Part shown: in pieces, positions 60,705 to 64,000 of the stretch
Layout of the letters: every line of letters begins with the position of its first letter
Numbering within the stretch: the first letter of the stretch is position 1
From: Candidatus Eiseniibacteriota bacterium
GTDB taxonomy: Bacteria > Eisenbacteria > RBG-16-71-46 > SZUA-252
Assembly (NCBI GenBank): GCA_963703225.1
Contig: OY969801.1
Location: forward strand, 2,816,001 to 2,880,000
Length of the DNA stretch: 64,000 nucleotides
Direction: 5' to 3'
Made by a program: the position numbers and the translations under genes
The notes under the pieces: model-generated
What the model was told of the DNA's origin: nothing
Database searches by the model: none
What the model saw: the letters and a program-made list of their open reading frames with translations, nothing else

Positions 60705-62245
60705 GCCGGCCCGCCAGACGCGTCAATGGACGCGGTCCGGCGCCTCAGCCCGCAGAAATCCGCTGCGCGATCTACACGCGCAAGTCGACCGAGGAGGGGC
60801 TCGACCGGGACATCAACTCCCTGAGCGTCCAGCGCCAAGCATGCGAGGAGTACGTCCGCACCCGAGCAGCCGACGGATGGCAACTGGTGACCGACTTGTA
60901 CGACGACGGCGGCTGGAGCGGCGCAACGGTGAAGAGGCCCGGATTCCAGCGTCTCTTGGCCGACGTCGAGACCGGCCGGGTCCAATGTGTGGTCGTTCAC
61001 AGAGTAGACAGACTGTCCCGTAGCCTCCTCGACTTCGCTCGGCTGATGGCGTTCTTCCAGGAACGCGGCGTTGCCTTCGTCTCGGTGACGCAGAACTTCT
61101 CGACGGCGGACCCCGTCGGTCGATTGACGCTGAATCTCCTCGCGACGTTCGCGGAGTTCGAGCGGGAGATGATCTCGGCGAGGACGAAGGACAAAATCGC
61201 GGCATCACGCCGTATGGGCAGATGGACCGGCGGCTTCACGCCAATTGGCTACGACCTGTGCAAAGGTCGATTGGTCGTCAACAAGGCCGCAGCGGCCAAG
61301 GTGCGCGAGATCTTTGCCGTCTACGAGGAAACTACATCGCTGGCCCGCACGGTCGAGGAGCTGGGCCGACGCGGGTTCACCATGAGGACCCGGAGCCGGC
61401 AGAACGGCTCGGGCCATTCTGGCCGGCCGTACGACAAGCCGTCGGTGCTGAGAGTGCTCCGCAGCCCGATCGTGGCCGGCCTGATTCGCAGTGGCGAGGC
61501 ACTCGTGAAGGCTGAGCACGAGGCCATCGTGCCACTCGAAACATGGCTGGGCGTCCAGGAGCGCCTGACCCGAAACGGCTCAGCCGGCTACCAGGGCGAG
61601 CGGGAGAATCAGCATGCGCTCCTGAAGGGCCTGCTCCACTGCACCCAGTGCGGCCGCAAGATGAGCCCGACGTACACGAGCAAGGGCGGCCGGCGATATC
61701 GCTACTACACGTGCCAGAACCGGATCAGGCAAGGCGCACACGCGTGCGCGACGGGCCAGGTGGCTGCTCATGAAATTGAACAGCGCGTGGTGGAGCGGAT
61801 CAGAGCGATCGGGCGGGATCCGGAGCTGGTCGCCGAGACGGTCCGGCAGGTCAGGCTTCAGCGGGAAGAGACGATAGTCGCCCTCAAGGCGGAGGAGAAG
61901 GCGCTGCGCCGCGAGCTTCGCGGGAAAAGTGCCACGCTGAAGCGGCTCGAAGCCAAGGGAGGTTCTCTGGCTGAACGCAAGGAGGCGGAGGAGCGAATCG
62001 CATCCATCCAGGCGCGGCTCGCGGCGGTCCCTGGGGAGATCCATGCCGCCAAGCGGCTGGACATCGACGAACACGACGTGGCTAGAGCGCTCGAAGCCTT
62101 CGGACCCGTGTGGGATGCGCTCTGGCCCACCGAGCGGGCGCGAACTCTTGGACTACTTGTGGAAGGGATCGGCTACGACGGGCGGAACAAGCAGATCGAC
62201 GTCCGGTTCAGGGCAGCAGGAGTACCCACGAATGGAACCGCGTAA
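60701..62245 (+). CDS. Large serine recombinase
   Basis: CAIYTRKST, YDDGGWSG, RVDRLSRS, FAEFERE, recombinase domain, CTQCG...YYTC Zn ribbon, coiled coil. Confidence 0.92.
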   Translation: MSRPARRVNGRGPAPQPAEIRCAIYTRKSTEEGLDRDINSLSVQRQACEEYVRTRAADGWQLVTDLYDDGGWSGATVKRPGFQRLLADVETGRVQCVVVHRVDRLSRSLLDFARLMAFFQERGVAFVSVTQNFSTADPVGRLTLNLLATFAEFEREMISARTKDKIAASRRMGRWTGGFTPIGYDLCKGRLVVNKAAAAKVREIFAVYEETTSLARTVEELGRRGFTMRTRSRQNGSGHSGRPYDKPSVLRVLRSPIVAGLIRSGEALVKAEHEAIVPLETWLGVQERLTRNGSAGYQGERENQHALLKGLLHCTQCGRKMSPTYTSKGGRRYRYYTCQNRIRQGAHACATGQVAAHEIEQRVVERIRAIGRDPELVAETVRQVRLQREETIVALKAEEKALRRELRGKSATLKRLEAKGGSLAERKEAEERIASIQARLAAVPGEIHAAKRLDIDEHDVARALEAFGPVWDALWPTERARTLGLLVEGIGYDGRNKQIDVRFRAAGVPTNGTA

Positions 62246-62426
62246 ACCGCCATGCCGCCTGATCGGGACCGACGGGAACGCCTTCTCGGTCATTGGGCGG
62301 GTTCGGCGGGCGCTCGTGGCGGACGGCCAGGAGGATCGAGCCCGCGAGTTCGTAGAGAAGGCGTTCCGGTCGGGATCCTACGACGCGGTCTTACAGCTCT
62401 GCCTGGAGTACGTGGAGGTGGTGTGA
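62232..62426 (+). CDS. Small conserved phage/ICE-type hypothetical protein
   Basis: LIGTDGNAFSVIGRVRRAL...SGSYDAVL. Confidence 0.65.
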   Translation: MEPRKPPCRLIGTDGNAFSVIGRVRRALVADGQEDRAREFVEKAFRSGSYDAVLQLCLEYVEVV

Positions 62427-62560
62427 AGCGGGGCGGGCCTCGTCCACCAACGCAGCTCCCATCTGTCGATTGGTCGCTGCCCTATTCCTTGCGCTACCGT
62501 TCTGCTTCCGACATTATTCTGGCTGTCAGAACTGATCTGACCGTTGAACGCAGAATATGA

Positions 62561-64000
62561 GGAGGCCACATTCAGGGCATCCTTGTCTGGATACGGGAGC
62601 TTTGGGTTGCCCTTTTGGAATGGGCTGCGGCTTCTCAACCCAGCACCGTGGCCAATTCCGTTCAGGCTGTTGCTACCATCGTCTGCTCTGCTGCGTTTCT
62701 AGTCTTCTCACTAGCAATAATCCCCTTTCAGGCGGCTGCCGGGACATACGGCCCTTCCATCCTTCGATACATTGCCAGGGATCGTCACTTAGCCGCCATT
62801 TTTGTCCTATTTACCCTACTGGCATTCGCGGAAGCCATTCTGATGGTACGACCAGATCCGTCGTTACTCATCTTGTCGCTGGCTGGCCTAGTCGCATCGT
62901 TCGGCCTTTCGGTCCTCCTGTGGATGCGCTGTTCCGCCCTGTTAGATCCATCGGTGGGCGTCATCCCTCGGATCAGCACTTCATTCACGCAGAAACTACG
63001 ACGTGCATTTCGCGATGTCGAGCATCTCCACAAGCGCGGAGCGTTACCTCCAGATCCCTCGTTACTCCTCAATCAGGTAATGTCTACAGCCGATCGCGCG
63101 TACGACCTGCGGCATCCCTTCTCTGTTCCTCGCCATCTCATTGAGAAACCGTTCCAGGAGCTATCCGTGTTGTTTGAGCTCGCTGCAGCGCTTGCTCGAT
63201 CTGGCCATTCCGGCCTCTTTAGGGAAAGCCTCGCCAACGTCGGACTCTGTGTGAGCGCCTACCTAAGTGCAAGGCGTCGGTTCACGTCGCACGAGGATGC
63301 ATTCCTGAACGACGTCGTTTCCAACATTTCTGATCTCACATCAATAGCTCGTGCCACTCAGCAAGAGGCACTCCTCGTCATGATCTGGAGGCTGGAGCGC
63401 GATATCGCTATCGAGGCAGCAAAGCTCGAAACGATCGGCGTTTCACAGGGATATTGCTATCTGCCTTCGGTCATTAAGAGTGAGCTTCTGACCGCAATGG
63501 ATGTCGAGATGCTCTCAGGCCGGTATGAAAGCACGTTCCAAGGCATCCGGGCACTAGGAGGGTACGGAAGGATAATCGCAGGCTTGGGCTGTTTTGAATC
63601 AGCAGTCACGCTAATCGGCGACCTGTTTCAGCTCGCCTCGCGAGCGTCTCTTCTTAAGCGCCACGAGCTCGTCCTGATAGCGAAGCGGGAAATGGCGGAG
63701 GTCGCATTCTTTGCGGTGGCGGCGTCGCGCCCGAACGTCTCCTTCGACTTGGTGGGAAGCGCACTGGTGGAGAGCTACGGGAAGGCGTTCGACCTTACGC
63801 GCGCCGATCCGTTCATCAACAGCGACGACCCCTTTGCCACGTGGTCGCCTGATCTTACGAAGGACCGCAGCCCCTCCGCTTTGGTGCGCGTTGCCTTATT
63901 CCCTCTGGCACCCACGGATCCTTCCATCTCTGAGAACCTGGAGTTTGTGAAGAGCCTGATCGAGCTCATGAAGCTCAACTTCGTGCAGCAGCGTGGCGTG
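62561..64000 (+). CDS. Membrane protein (DUF2254-like N-terminus), 3' end outside window, start uncertain
   Basis: Frame opens after the stop at 62560 and appears to run off the window. LVFSLAIIPFQAAAGTYGPSILR plus several TM segments. Not in the ORF track. Confidence 0.55.

Noticed and set aside
1..64000. tRNA/rRNA genes or an att-site duplication for the serine recombinase
   Set aside because: None could be recognised by eye, so the element boundaries cannot be fixed from this window.

Overview
GC-rich bacterial accessory region. The abundant FlgD-Ig/T9SS-like C-terminal domains suggest a Ca. Eisenbacteria/Krumholzibacteriota/Latescibacterota-like host (inference). The right end (52.7-62.4 kb) is the core of a mobile element: GpA-type terminase large subunit, HTH small subunit, ParB-like protein, adenine methylase, YfjI/DUF3987 helicase-like protein, DUF2924 and a large serine recombinase. 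No portal or capsid gene is visible. The rest is a mosaic of secreted proteins (FG-GAP/VCBS, BNR, subtilase, alpha/beta hydrolase, SprA-derived) and gene fragments. The most striking structure is a short (~200 aa) tyrosine recombinase with a conserved, structured ~520-bp leader, followed by cargo arrays in which each cargo is closed by a variable-length orphan copy of the recombinase's own 3' end (3 long copies, 5 orphan ends). The same 'insert plus duplicated anchor' pattern occurs in the leader and at the terminase 3' end. A separate ~250-bp repeat family sits just downstream of cargo stop codons. All family assignments are by-eye motif recognition with no database search, and some single-base frameshifts could be sequencing errors.
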